Assembly: GCA_964505815.1 (NCBI GenBank)
Contig: CAZDKA010000002.1
Location: 1 to 45,591, forward strand
Reading direction: 5' to 3'
Origin: an uncultured Candidatus Saccharibacteria bacterium
Lineage (GTDB): Bacteria > Patescibacteriota > Minisyncoccia > Sungbacterales > SURF-37
DNA: 45,591 nucleotides
The position numbers and the translations under genes were made by a program. Shown here one piece after another: positions 25,014 to 32,803 of this stretch (positions are counted from its first letter, which is position 1; each line of letters starts with the position of its first letter). The notes under the pieces are model-generated. The model was given only the letters and a program-made list of their open reading frames with translations. It did not search any database and was not told where the DNA came from.

Positions 25014-25523
25014 ATGAACTACGACGAAGTCCTTGGGCTAGTACGCGACGTTGCGGTTCAGTTCCAAAAAATGCAAGTCCTCGGTATGCAGGGGAAAAAC
25101 AAGGAATCGGGGGAAGCGTTCCGCGAACTTGTCACCTTGGGCATAAAGTGTCTTGAAAAAAACCTTAGCTTTTGCTTTTTTCTTAAACGGAAAATGCCAA
25201 TGCCTGACGGCCAGTACTTCGCGGCCACCCACCCTTTGAACAATAACTGGCCCGTCGGCGGCGAAGGCGAAGAGCAAAGACACGCTGAGGGCACAATCCA
25301 CGTTCATGTAACCTTTGTCTATAGCATCCTCTGGGCCGGGCACATTGAGACCCATCCGGAAGGATTTGACGTTGACTTTGTTACCTTCCCGAATCACATC
25401 AGTCCGCACTCGTCGTCTGAGCCAAGACACGGTGATCCTACAAAGGAAGGCGGCCTTCTATCACCCGAGGAGATGAAGCGCTTCCTGAGAGACCAAGGTC
25501 TTGCAGATCTCGATAATAGATAG
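25014..25523 (+). CDS. Hypothetical 169-aa protein
   Basis: GAAGGAGGG before the ATG. TTGACT-17 nt-TATTAA promoter-like sequence at about 24951-24979. Terminator ATCCCGC-ctcct-GCGGGAT at 25524-25546. Confidence 0.5.
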   Translation: MNYDEVLGLVRDVAVQFQKMQVLGMQGKNKESGEAFRELVTLGIKCLEKNLSFCFFLKRKMPMPDGQYFAATHPLNNNWPVGGEGEEQRHAEGTIHVHVTFVYSILWAGHIETHPEGFDVDFVTFPNHISPHSSSEPRHGDPTKEGGLLSPEEMKRFLRDQGLADLDNR

Positions 25524-25544
25524 ATCCCGCCTCCTGCGGGATTT

Positions 25545-26414
25545 TCATATTCCAAAAATATTCCGCGCGTTCTTTGCGGTTTCTCCCGCGATTTCTTCAA
25601 ACGGCAGTCCCTTTAGCTCGGCAATCTTTTTTGCTACCTCAGCGACATAGGCGGGCTCGTTCCTTTTTCCGCGATAGGGTATGGGCGCGACATAAGGTGC
25701 GTCAGTTTCAAGAAGTATCCGTTCAAGCGGAATTAAGCGTACAACTTCGTCGTAATCGCGTGCAAAGGTAATGACCCCGCCGAATGAAAACGAGAAGCCG
25801 AGGCCGAGCAGTTCTTTGGCATCGGCCTCCGTGCCGCTGAAAAAGTGAATAATGCCCGGGTTGCTCGAATTATGAATTATGAAGTACGAATTAAGGATCT
25901 CAATCAAATCTTTGAACGCGTTCCGGCAATGCACCATAAGCGGTTTTTTTACCTCAAGAGAGAGTTCGATCTGTGCGGTAAACGCTTTTTTCTGCTTCAT
26001 AATTCCTAATTCCTTATTCCTAATTCTGTAGTAATCCAAGCCGCACTCGCCTATGGCGACTACTTTTTTATGCCCTGCAAGTTTTTTGTAAAATTCGTAG
26101 TCAAACTCTTCTCCGCGACTCACGAAGCCACCGGCAACATTCTCACATTCTTGAGAATGTGAGAATGTCCCGAGCTCCTTGGGGTCATGGTATGACTTTT
26201 CGGTATGAATCGGGTGGAGCCCCGTTGTGGCGTAAACGGCTTCCGGATGGCGCTCGGCTAATTTTATCGCGTTCTCCGAAGTATCTTTTTGCGTGCCGAC
26301 ATTAACCATCCATACTCCTTGCTCCAACGCCCGTTTAATTACCAAATCAGCGTCATCTTTGAATGCTGCGAATTGAACGTGGGTATGGACGTCAAAAAAT
26401 TTCGGGGTTGACAT
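25545..26414 (-). CDS. tatD: TatD-family metal-dependent hydrolase
   Basis: FDVHTHVQF, GLHPIH, AIGECGLDY, HCRNAF, ETDAPY. Carries two extra segments encoded by repetitive DNA. Confidence 0.9.
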   Translation of the reverse strand: MSTPKFFDVHTHVQFAAFKDDADLVIKRALEQGVWMVNVGTQKDTSENAIKLAERHPEAVYATTGLHPIHTEKSYHDPKELGTFSHSQECENVAGGFVSRGEEFDYEFYKKLAGHKKVVAIGECGLDYYRIRNKELGIMKQKKAFTAQIELSLEVKKPLMVHCRNAFKDLIEILNSYFIIHNSSNPGIIHFFSGTEADAKELLGLGFSFSFGGVITFARDYDEVVRLIPLERILLETDAPYVAPIPYRGKRNEPAYVAEVAKKIAELKGLPFEEIAGETAKNARNIFGI

Positions 26415-26472
26415 AAAAATTATTATATGCTAACTTCCAAAATGCTCTATAACAACATTAAAAGGAGGGGAC

Positions 26473-26730
26473 ATGAGGAAAGTAATAAAGTTTTTACGGG
26501 TTACTGCCGACATCTTTTGTCTACTTGTAGCTGCGATGGTAGGCGGAGCTTTTACGGTGCTTTTCGGATACGTAGGAACTCAATACTTAATAAACGAAGC
26601 GGCACCCATTAGTGTCCTTATGGGCGTCTTAGGCCTAACTTGTGCAGCGGTACTGGCGTTTCTTATGTTTTTCGGGAGTAACGGGATCATCGCAATATTG
26701 AGATCGATACGACAAACTCTAGCGGCGTAG
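26473..26730 (+). CDS. Small membrane protein (85 aa)
   Basis: AAAGGAGGGG before the ATG. Two or three hydrophobic helices. Confidence 0.55.
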   Translation: MRKVIKFLRVTADIFCLLVAAMVGGAFTVLFGYVGTQYLINEAAPISVLMGVLGLTCAAVLAFLMFFGSNGIIAILRSIRQTLAA

Positions 26731-26737
26731 TAATCAC

Positions 26738-26761
26738 GCGGGAACACGTTCCCGCTTTTTT
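26738..26761 (+). terminator. Rho-independent terminator
   Basis: GCGGGAAC-ac-GTTCCCGC followed by TTTTTT. Confidence 0.7.
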
Positions 26762-26763
26762 CG

Positions 26764-26814
26764 TTATTTGTCTAAATTTTCAAGCCGCCAGGCAGAGAAA
26801 ATTTAGACAAATAA
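26764..26814. repeat. Perfect 18-bp-stem hairpin (single copy in window)
   Basis: TTATTTGTCTAAATTTTC (26764-26781) / GAAAATTTAGACAAATAA (26797-26814), 15-nt loop. Confidence 0.85.
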
Positions 26815-26819
26815 CAGAA

Positions 26820-26966
26820 CCCCGCACTAATTTTGCCGTGGTGAAAACGGCTTTGCTTGAATTACATAATTGAATTATTGCGTGTGCGAGGCGCGTGCGC
26901 GGATAGCGCATCCCTCGGTGGGCGAAGCGCCTCGCTATAGTATATCTCGCAAAATTAGTGCTGGGG
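26820..26966. repeat. Family D structured element, copy 2 (147 nt)
   Basis: Outer arms CCCCGCACTAATTTTGC (26820-26836) / GCAAAATTAGTGCTGGGG (26949-26966, one bulged T). 49-nt variable part, core at 26886-26935, 13-nt tail. Confidence 0.85.
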
Positions 26967-26968
26967 TT

Positions 26969-27181
26969 TTACAAATCCTCAAACTCCTTATCTGAAATTC
27001 CAAGATTTCTGATAATACGATTGAGAATTTCTGGGCCGACATCCGCTCCGTGCGGATTTGGAATATACAACTTCACTCCGCCACAGCGCATAAATGGGTG
27101 TTTCGCGCCAGAAAAAGGGCCCGAACATCCGGCCCTTCTTAACTTCGCAATTAGTTTTCTGTAACTAACGGGTTTTGGCAT
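26969..27181 (-). CDS. hicA: HicA-like (YcfA family) toxin
   Basis: Start at MPKPVSYRKLIAKLRRAG (ATG 27181). GAKHPFM ... LYIPNPHGADVGPEILNRIIRNLGIS follows the HicA pattern. Confidence 0.65.
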   Translation of the reverse strand: MPKPVSYRKLIAKLRRAGCSGPFSGAKHPFMRCGGVKLYIPNPHGADVGPEILNRIIRNLGISDKEFEDL

Positions 27182-27434
27182 GAACTCGACGCTGGGACAA
27201 TCTGGGGAAGACAAAATTAAAACCCGGAACGCGTTTGCCCTCGCTCAAAGAAACCAAAACATAATCTTCCAATACCGAGGCCAGGTCCTTGCGCGCTTCC
27301 TCTATAGTTGGCGCCTGCGCGTACACGCCAGGCACCTCGTTAATCCATGCCGCCCACCGCTTTACCGACTCGTCATATTTATACGTTGCCTTGGTAAGCA
27401 TTTTTTCTATGTATTTTGAAAATGTAAGTCCCAT
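27165..27434 (-). CDS. hicB: HicB-like (UPF0150) antitoxin
   Basis: WAAWINEVPGVYAQAPTIEEARKDLASVLEDYV follows the HicB N-terminal pattern. Its 3' end overlaps the hicA start. Confidence 0.65.
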   Translation of the reverse strand: MGLTFSKYIEKMLTKATYKYDESVKRWAAWINEVPGVYAQAPTIEEARKDLASVLEDYVLVSLSEGKRVPGFNFVFPRLSQRRVHAKTR

Positions 27435-27469
27435 ATTTTTACTATATCATATGGCCGGAAACCGCTCAA

Positions 27470-27566
27470 GGGCCGCAGAATCACCAAATCCGCGTCGTCC
27501 TTACCCCCGTTAGAGGCGGTGCCTCTAATGGGGTGAAAACGCGGCGAGTTGAACGTAGGTATGAAT
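27470..27566 (-). pseudogene. Relic of the 5' end of a tatD paralog, split by a family E hairpin
   Basis: The minus strand reads IHTYVQLAAFS, then a 31-nt insert, then KDDADLVI. Intact tatD reads VHTHVQFAAFKDDADLVI. Hand count: 24/33 and 20/24 identical nucleotides. Confidence 0.7.
27505..27533. repeat. Family E hairpin, copy 2a
   Basis: CCCCGTTAGAGGC-ggt-GCCTCTAATGGGG, a 13-bp stem with one G-T pair. Confidence 0.85.
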
Positions 27567-27633
27567 CCCGTTAGAAATAAGCCGCCCTAAAGCGGCTACC
27601 GCCGCTTCAAAGGAGGGCGGATCTCTAACGGGG
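27566..27633. repeat. Family E hairpin, copy 2b (nested)
   Basis: CCCGTTAGA ... TCTAACGGG closes an inner GCCGCCC/GGGCGG pairing and AAGCGGC-tacc-GCCGCTT. Confidence 0.8.
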
Positions 27634-27636
27634 TGC

Positions 27637-27715
27637 TTGACAACTTTTTGGCTAGGGCGTACGCTTAATGTGTTCCTTAAAATCAGTACCACTTCTTACA
27701 TAAAGGAGGGTCATA
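27637..27715 (+). promoter_or_regulatory. Promoter plus conserved leader of the secreted-protein family (copy P2)
   Basis: TTGACA at 27637-27642. The leader is nearly identical to 21600-21680. Confidence 0.55.
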
Positions 27716-28090
27716 ATGAAACGATTTTTCGCGGCTTTTGCAGCCGTTCTCGCGATTTCCAGCGCGGCTTTTGCCCAGGTCCCGACGCTTCCTGACTACC
27801 AAAAAGACGGCAAGCCAGATGAGGCTTACGTTTGCGACAATGGTCAGACAACCGCCAGATACTACTTGCATGATGATTGGAGCATCCTGGAAGTCAACAC
27901 TGCATCCGGTGACGTCCTTGTGGATATGGTAGGTCGAGGCGGTATGGGATTTTTCGTTAAACAGACCGGGGCCGACAAGATGCCTGCAGTCTCACACGAG
28001 GAGTGGGATACGGCCCTTTTGGAAAAGGCGCCGGCCGTCTACCACGCACTGCACGGCACTGGCCCATCAGACTGCGCGCCCAAGAAGTAA
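27716..28090 (+). CDS. Small secreted protein, LPDYQK family, paralog P2
   Basis: Signal peptide MKRFFAAFAAVLAISSAAFA, QVPTLPDYQKDGK, CDNGQTT ... PSDC. Confidence 0.65.
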   Translation: MKRFFAAFAAVLAISSAAFAQVPTLPDYQKDGKPDEAYVCDNGQTTARYYLHDDWSILEVNTASGDVLVDMVGRGGMGFFVKQTGADKMPAVSHEEWDTALLEKAPAVYHALHGTGPSDCAPKK

Positions 28091-28123
28091 CCGACAACTC
28101 TGCAAAAGGAAAAGGAGGCAACC

Positions 28124-28495
28124 ATGAAACGAATTTTCGTTTTTCTGGCCGCACTGCTTATTATTCCCGCTATAGCGCTGGGTATTACCCTGCCTGACTA
28201 TCAGAAAGACGGCAAAGTTACTGAAACCTGGATCTGCGATCATGGCCAAACGACCACCCGAACTTACGCCGACAAAGACGAGATGTGGGCCGCTTACGAA
28301 ATCACTGCTTCTTCAGGAGATATTCTTGTCTATCTCCAGAGCGTAAACGGCCAAGGTTTCTTCATGAAACGCGCCGGCTCGTCCGAAATGGCTGAAAGCA
28401 CATTTGAAGAATTTGACCCGCTGTTCAAAAAGCTCGCACCGGAAACCCACAAGAGTTTCACCGGCAGATCTAACGACTGCGTGCAAAAAGACTAG
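28124..28495 (+). CDS. Small secreted protein, LPDYQKDGK family, paralog P3
   Basis: AAAGGAGG before the ATG. Signal peptide, ITLPDYQKDGK, CDHGQTT ... SNDC. Tandem with P2. Confidence 0.65.
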   Translation: MKRIFVFLAALLIIPAIALGITLPDYQKDGKVTETWICDHGQTTTRTYADKDEMWAAYEITASSGDILVYLQSVNGQGFFMKRAGSSEMAESTFEEFDPLFKKLAPETHKSFTGRSNDCVQKD

Positions 28496-28501
28496 CACGC
28501 T

Positions 28502-29989
28502 TCAGCCCAAACGGGGGAACAACGCTTCCCCTTTTTTTATTTTCAAAACCGAATCGTCAATGCTGATTTGCGTTTTTATTTTTTCTGCGCTTTCCGGAAG
28601 AAAAGGCGATAAAAGAGCGGTAATCGTAGAAATCAAATAGCCGGCGTTAAGCAGAGTTCGACGAAGTTCGTTCTCGTTTTTTTCGGCCCACGGTTTTTTT
28701 TCGTTGATGTATTTGTCGGCAAAAGAGACCAAACGCCACAGATTCGCCAGCGCCTCGTTTAAACGTATTTCTGCGATATGGCCCTCATATGACTTAAATA
28801 CTTCGGTGGATATTTTTTTTATTTCAGCGTCAATATCGGCCTCAAAATTAAAATGGAGCGGGCTTAAATTTTGGCCGAGCGCGGCTGCTCTTGAAACCAG
28901 GTTGCCAAGGCCGTTGGCCAAATCGCCGTTGTAGCGCTCTTCAAATTTTTTGTAACTGAAGTCTCCGTCTTCATAAGATGGAAATTCTCTTAAAAAGTAG
29001 TATCTCACCGGATCGGCCCCGTATTTCTTAACCACTTCTTCTGGCGCTATAACATTGCCAACGGTTTTAGAAATCTTCTGTCCATCCACGTTTACAAATC
29101 CATGAACAAAAAGGGTCCTCGGGAGGAGAAGGCCGGCCGAAAGAAGCATACCCGGCCAAATGGCAGCATGGAAGCGCAGATTGTCTTTTCCAACCACTTG
29201 AGCATCAGCGGGCCACCATCTTTGAAACAGCTCAACGGACTCCAAATCTTCTCGGCCATAGCCAATAGAAGAGATATAATTTGTCAACGCTTCAAGCCAC
29301 ACATACATGGTCTGCGTTGAATCATCTGGAACGGGAACGCCCCAGGGAATATCACTGCTTGGCCGAGAAATACTCACATCTTCAAGGCCGCTCTTTATAA
29401 ATGACAATATCTCATTCTTTCGTGATTCTGGTATGACTCGGAGCTCGTCCGAGACAACTTTTTTCTCAATGCGTTCCGCGTATTTTGAAAGTCTGAAAAA
29501 CCAGTTTTCCTCCTCAATAACTTCTGGCTCTTTTTGATGATCCAAACACCTGCCATTTACTAGATCTTTTTCGGTTATAAACGCCTCGTGTCCCACACAG
29601 TAAAGCCCTCTGTATTTTTTCCAATAAATATCCCCGGAATCCTTTAGTGCCCGCCACAATTTCTGCGCCCCCGGCCAGTGGCGTTTTTGATCGGAGGTAC
29701 GGATGAAATCATCCCAGGCAATATTAATAATTTTGTGCATTTCTTTGTACTTTTCTGAATTTTCGTCCACAAGTTCCTTGGGGGTTTTGCCAAGATCCTC
29801 AGCAGTCCGTACAACTTTAGCGCCGTGCTCGTCCGTACCGACCAAAAATCTAACTTCATCGCCCTTTGTTCTGCGGTATCGTGAAAGGACATCCGCAATA
29901 AGCGGATCCAAAATGTGCCCGAGATGGGGCGGGGCCGTAGCATATGGGATGCTCGTGGTGATATAAAACTTTTGCTTTGCGCTTGACAT
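28502..29989 (-). CDS. metG: Methionyl-tRNA synthetase (short form)
   Basis: IPYATAPPHLGHILD (HIGH), KISKTVGNV (KMSKS), C-terminal GEALFPRLG. Confidence 0.95.
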   Translation of the reverse strand: MSSAKQKFYITTSIPYATAPPHLGHILDPLIADVLSRYRRTKGDEVRFLVGTDEHGAKVVRTAEDLGKTPKELVDENSEKYKEMHKIINIAWDDFIRTSDQKRHWPGAQKLWRALKDSGDIYWKKYRGLYCVGHEAFITEKDLVNGRCLDHQKEPEVIEEENWFFRLSKYAERIEKKVVSDELRVIPESRKNEILSFIKSGLEDVSISRPSSDIPWGVPVPDDSTQTMYVWLEALTNYISSIGYGREDLESVELFQRWWPADAQVVGKDNLRFHAAIWPGMLLSAGLLLPRTLFVHGFVNVDGQKISKTVGNVIAPEEVVKKYGADPVRYYFLREFPSYEDGDFSYKKFEERYNGDLANGLGNLVSRAAALGQNLSPLHFNFEADIDAEIKKISTEVFKSYEGHIAEIRLNEALANLWRLVSFADKYINEKKPWAEKNENELRRTLLNAGYLISTITALLSPFLPESAEKIKTQISIDDSVLKIKKGEALFPRLG

Positions 29990-30064
29990 AAAAATACTCG
30001 TATGACATATAATACATAATATCTAGCTCATTTCCAACCTAAACCAAACCACGCATAGGAGGCG

Positions 30065-30562
30065 ATGGTGAAGAAATATCTGCTTGGATTGCTGATTATC
30101 GCGGTTCTGACAGGAGCAATTGTCGGCGCTTACAGAGTAAGCCAGCGCATCCTGAATCTGAAACAAAGCGGGCAGGCCAATACCTCCACCGAAACCACAA
30201 AAGTTACACAGGGCGGACAAACAAGCGTCTCTACCGAAATTTCAAAAGCTCCACAAGGTATGTCTGCGGTTAACCGTGCCAGTGCACAAGGAGTCGCGAG
30301 ACAAGACGTTAGTAGGCGGGCGAATGAAGTTGGAGTGAATTGCCTTTGGCTTTCCGTGAGTGAATGCGAGGAAGTCATCGCACGCATAAAAAGAAATACT
30401 CATCTCGCTAACGCCTTACAGTACGCAAAGTCTCAAGACGTCCTCGTGTACCCCACTAATGACAGATCCTCTCAGGGTGATGGTTATATAAGCATTGACA
30501 TCCGGGCATCAGATAAGGATATCATCAAATTCCTCACCGACGAGAATGCTCCGCAAAAATAG
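30065..30562 (+). CDS. Membrane-anchored hypothetical protein (165 aa)
   Basis: TAGGAGGCG before the ATG. N-terminal TM helix LLGLLIIAVLTGAIVGAY. Confidence 0.5.
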   Translation: MVKKYLLGLLIIAVLTGAIVGAYRVSQRILNLKQSGQANTSTETTKVTQGGQTSVSTEISKAPQGMSAVNRASAQGVARQDVSRRANEVGVNCLWLSVSECEEVIARIKRNTHLANALQYAKSQDVLVYPTNDRSSQGDGYISIDIRASDKDIIKFLTDENAPQK

Positions 30563-30581
30563 GAGGCTCGTCGGATAACAC

Positions 30582-30606
30582 AAAAGCGCCATCGGCGCTT
30601 TTTTCT
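30582..30606 (+). terminator. Rho-independent terminator
   Basis: AGCGCC-atc-GGCGCT followed by TTTTTT. Confidence 0.7.
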
Positions 30607-30651
30607 TTCCAACCGCCAAAAAGCGGTTCTCACTGAAAGGGTAACAGTCAT

Positions 30652-30689
30652 TTTCCAAAGTAAATTGCTTAAGCAATTTACTTTGGAAA
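30652..30689. repeat. Palindrome family A, copy 2 (38-bp perfect palindrome)
   Basis: TTTCCAAAGTAAATTGCTT|AAGCAATTTACTTTGGAAA, 24 nt past the stop of 30714..31415. Confidence 0.9.
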
Positions 30690-30713
30690 TCTCCTTACTA
30701 TGAACCGGGGGAG

Positions 30714-31415
30714 TCAAACAAAAGCAAAATGTTTTCTTATGTCATCGTCATGCACAATATGATTCGTCTCAACTAATCGAACATACTCGCCAACGCCGTA
30801 AAGAGAGATAATAAACTCTAGTTCCTCATTGCAGGGATACGGAAACACGAAAACGCTCCTCTGAAGCGAATAAAAACCTATTGCTTTCAACTTTTCTCGA
30901 AATCCTTCACGCGCTGATTTGTGTGTATCAGGAATATCGAATACGACTATGCGCCATGTGCCGTCCCACAAATCCGGTCTCCGGATTATAAATGTGTTGT
31001 ATGCTCTTTGGATGGCTCGTTTTTCTCCTAACTTCGTAAGGCTAATTTCATATTCATTTTCATTTATCTTCGAAGCGGAAACAAAATTTTGTTTCTTAAG
31101 AACGGCGAGCTCGCGTTGAAAATACCCACTATGCATATATGTTCGATATATTCTTCTGCCGCGCATACGTCCGAAGGCGCTAAATATATTGGGGGCGGCA
31201 GCAGCAACAGTAAGCGCTCCAGCAACTAGAAGCAAGGCGAGAAGCCCCTTACCAAATGCAATGCCTCCCGCTTTTGCCGCACGAATCATATCTTCTCGTT
31301 TCGTTGCCTTTTCGGCTTCTGCCCATTCTTGCCGCATGTGCCTTATAAAAAACTCCCTGTGATCTAAAAGGCGTGGAATAATTTTCTTCTCGTATTTTCT
31401 CTTCGTACCAGTCAT
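30714..31415 (-). CDS. Membrane-anchored PaaX-like protein (winged helix plus Cas2-like central domain), paralog A
   Basis: TM segment GLLALLLVAGALTVAAAAPNIFSAFGR. Wing-like YEISLTKLGEKRA. WDGTWRIVVFDIPDTHKSAREGFREKLKAIGFYSLQRSVFVFPYP follows the PaaX/Cas2-like pattern. Paralog of 42235..42963. Confidence 0.6.
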   Translation of the reverse strand: MTGTKRKYEKKIIPRLLDHREFFIRHMRQEWAEAEKATKREDMIRAAKAGGIAFGKGLLALLLVAGALTVAAAAPNIFSAFGRMRGRRIYRTYMHSGYFQRELAVLKKQNFVSASKINENEYEISLTKLGEKRAIQRAYNTFIIRRPDLWDGTWRIVVFDIPDTHKSAREGFREKLKAIGFYSLQRSVFVFPYPCNEELEFIISLYGVGEYVRLVETNHIVHDDDIRKHFAFV

Positions 31416-31433
31416 CTTCTTTTTTTGTCATCC

Positions 31434-31467
31434 TCCAAACTAAATTGCTTAAGCAATTTAGTTTGGA
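31434..31467. repeat. Palindrome family A, copy 3 (34-bp perfect palindrome, symmetric variant)
   Basis: TCCAAACTAAATTGCTT|AAGCAATTTAGTTTGGA, 18 nt upstream of the ATG at 31415. Differs from copies 1 and 2 by a G>C change mirrored in both arms. Confidence 0.9.
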
Positions 31468-31531
31468 AATTAATCAATTATCCAATTATCCAGTATCCAG
31501 ATGCTGCTTCTATCAAACACCCTCCGCAAGG

Positions 31532-32590
31532 TTATCCGGCTCCGCCTCCGTACTGAAACACTCCACGTTTTTTTCGGTCAGTGTCCGTCAAAAACTCAAC
31601 CACGACGCTCGCCACAGGAACGGCAAGCAAAAGCCCGAGCACTCCGCCGAGCTTTCCGCCGATAAGAAGAGCGACGATAACCACAAGCGGATTCAAACCG
31701 ATGGTTCTCTTCATAACCGTGGGAACAATAAGATGACTCTCAATCTGCTGGATGACGAAGTAGGCGGCAATGACAATCGCGCCCAAAAGCGGGCTTTGCA
31801 CGAAAGCTATGACTACTGCCGGAATCGCGGCGATAATCGGGCCAATGACCGGAATAATCTCCAATGCCGCGGCCAGCACCGCAAAAATAAGAGCATAGCG
31901 AATGCCAAGAAGTGTCAACGTGATGTAGACAAGCACTCCGATAATGAGGCCGAGCAGCAGCTGCGCCCTGAGCCACTGGCCGAGCTTCAACTGCGCTCTC
32001 CCCCAGAGATCCACGGCATATTCTTCATACTCAAGCGGGGCAACCAGCCGCAGAAAGTTCTCAATCCCCCGCTCCTGGGTAGCAAGATAAAAAGAAATCA
32101 CGACGGTAATAAGCGCTACGGCAAGACCTCCGAAAATATCAGCGGTCAGTTGAAATGTGCTCTCGGCGATTCTTGACAACTGCTCGGGGGCGGTTACAAG
32201 AAGCTCCTGGCGATTGTCCAAAATCAGATTGTAAAGCGGAAGGCCGGTAAAAAACTGAATTTCGCGAAGAAGTTCCCGCTGATAAATCGGGTAAGACGAT
32301 ATGAAATTCTGGAGCTCGCCCGCGACCGCCGGCAGGACAAGATAAATAATGCCGACAAAAATAAGCGCGGCAATGACATAAATTATGAGCACGGCGACAA
32401 TCCGCGCGATGTGATACTTCCTCAACCACTGGATTATCGGATCAATGGCCGAGGCGATGACCACGGCGAAAAGCAGGGCGGCTAAAACCTGCAGTAGAAA
32501 ATATACGGCGGCAATCAGTATGAGCAGGCCGAAAAAGCGAAGAAAACTCGCGAAAGTGATATCTATTTTTTCGGGTTGTTTTGCGGGCAT
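31532..32590 (-). CDS. AI-2E family transporter (PerM/UPF0118)
   Basis: Polytopic membrane protein with the usual family layout. LEIIPVIGPIIAAIPAVVIA motif region. Confidence 0.8.
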   Translation of the reverse strand: MPAKQPEKIDITFASFLRFFGLLILIAAVYFLLQVLAALLFAVVIASAIDPIIQWLRKYHIARIVAVLIIYVIAALIFVGIIYLVLPAVAGELQNFISSYPIYQRELLREIQFFTGLPLYNLILDNRQELLVTAPEQLSRIAESTFQLTADIFGGLAVALITVVISFYLATQERGIENFLRLVAPLEYEEYAVDLWGRAQLKLGQWLRAQLLLGLIIGVLVYITLTLLGIRYALIFAVLAAALEIIPVIGPIIAAIPAVVIAFVQSPLLGAIVIAAYFVIQQIESHLIVPTVMKRTIGLNPLVVIVALLIGGKLGGVLGLLLAVPVASVVVEFLTDTDRKKRGVFQYGGGAG

Positions 32591-32592
32591 GC

Positions 32593-32648
32593 CAATGCGG
32601 TTAAAAATTTACGAGCCCAATGCGAAGTAAATTTTTACTACCGCATTG
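32593..32648. repeat. Two-segment hairpin abutting the transporter start codon
   Basis: CAATGCGG/CCGCATTG (8 bp) plus AAAAATTTAC/GTAAATTTTT (10 bp). Begins 3 nt from the ATG at 32590. Confidence 0.8.
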
Positions 32649-32650
32649 AG

Positions 32651-32800
32651 CATCCCTCTCCAATTTTGCCCTATAAAGAGATACGAAGCTATACTAACCC
32701 TTGACTTTACTAGTGTACGCGAGGCGCGTGCGCGAATAGCGCATCCCTCGACGGGCGAAGCGCCTCGCCGCGGCCTGCTTCGCAAAATTGGGGATGGGAT
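32651..32800. repeat. Family D structured element, copy 3 (150 nt)
   Basis: Outer arms CATCCCTCTCCAATTTTGC (32651-32669) / GCAAAATTGGGGATGGGAT (32782-32800), with one T-G pair and one mismatch. 49-nt variable part, core at 32719-32768, 13-nt tail. Confidence 0.85.
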
Positions 32801-32803
32801 AAA

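Noticed and set aside
27505-27633. Family E stems (GTTAGA / TCTAAC) as integron attC sites
   Set aside because: The order and sequence of the core sites do not match the attC layout (RYYYAAC ... GTTRRRY). No intI gene or cassette array is present.
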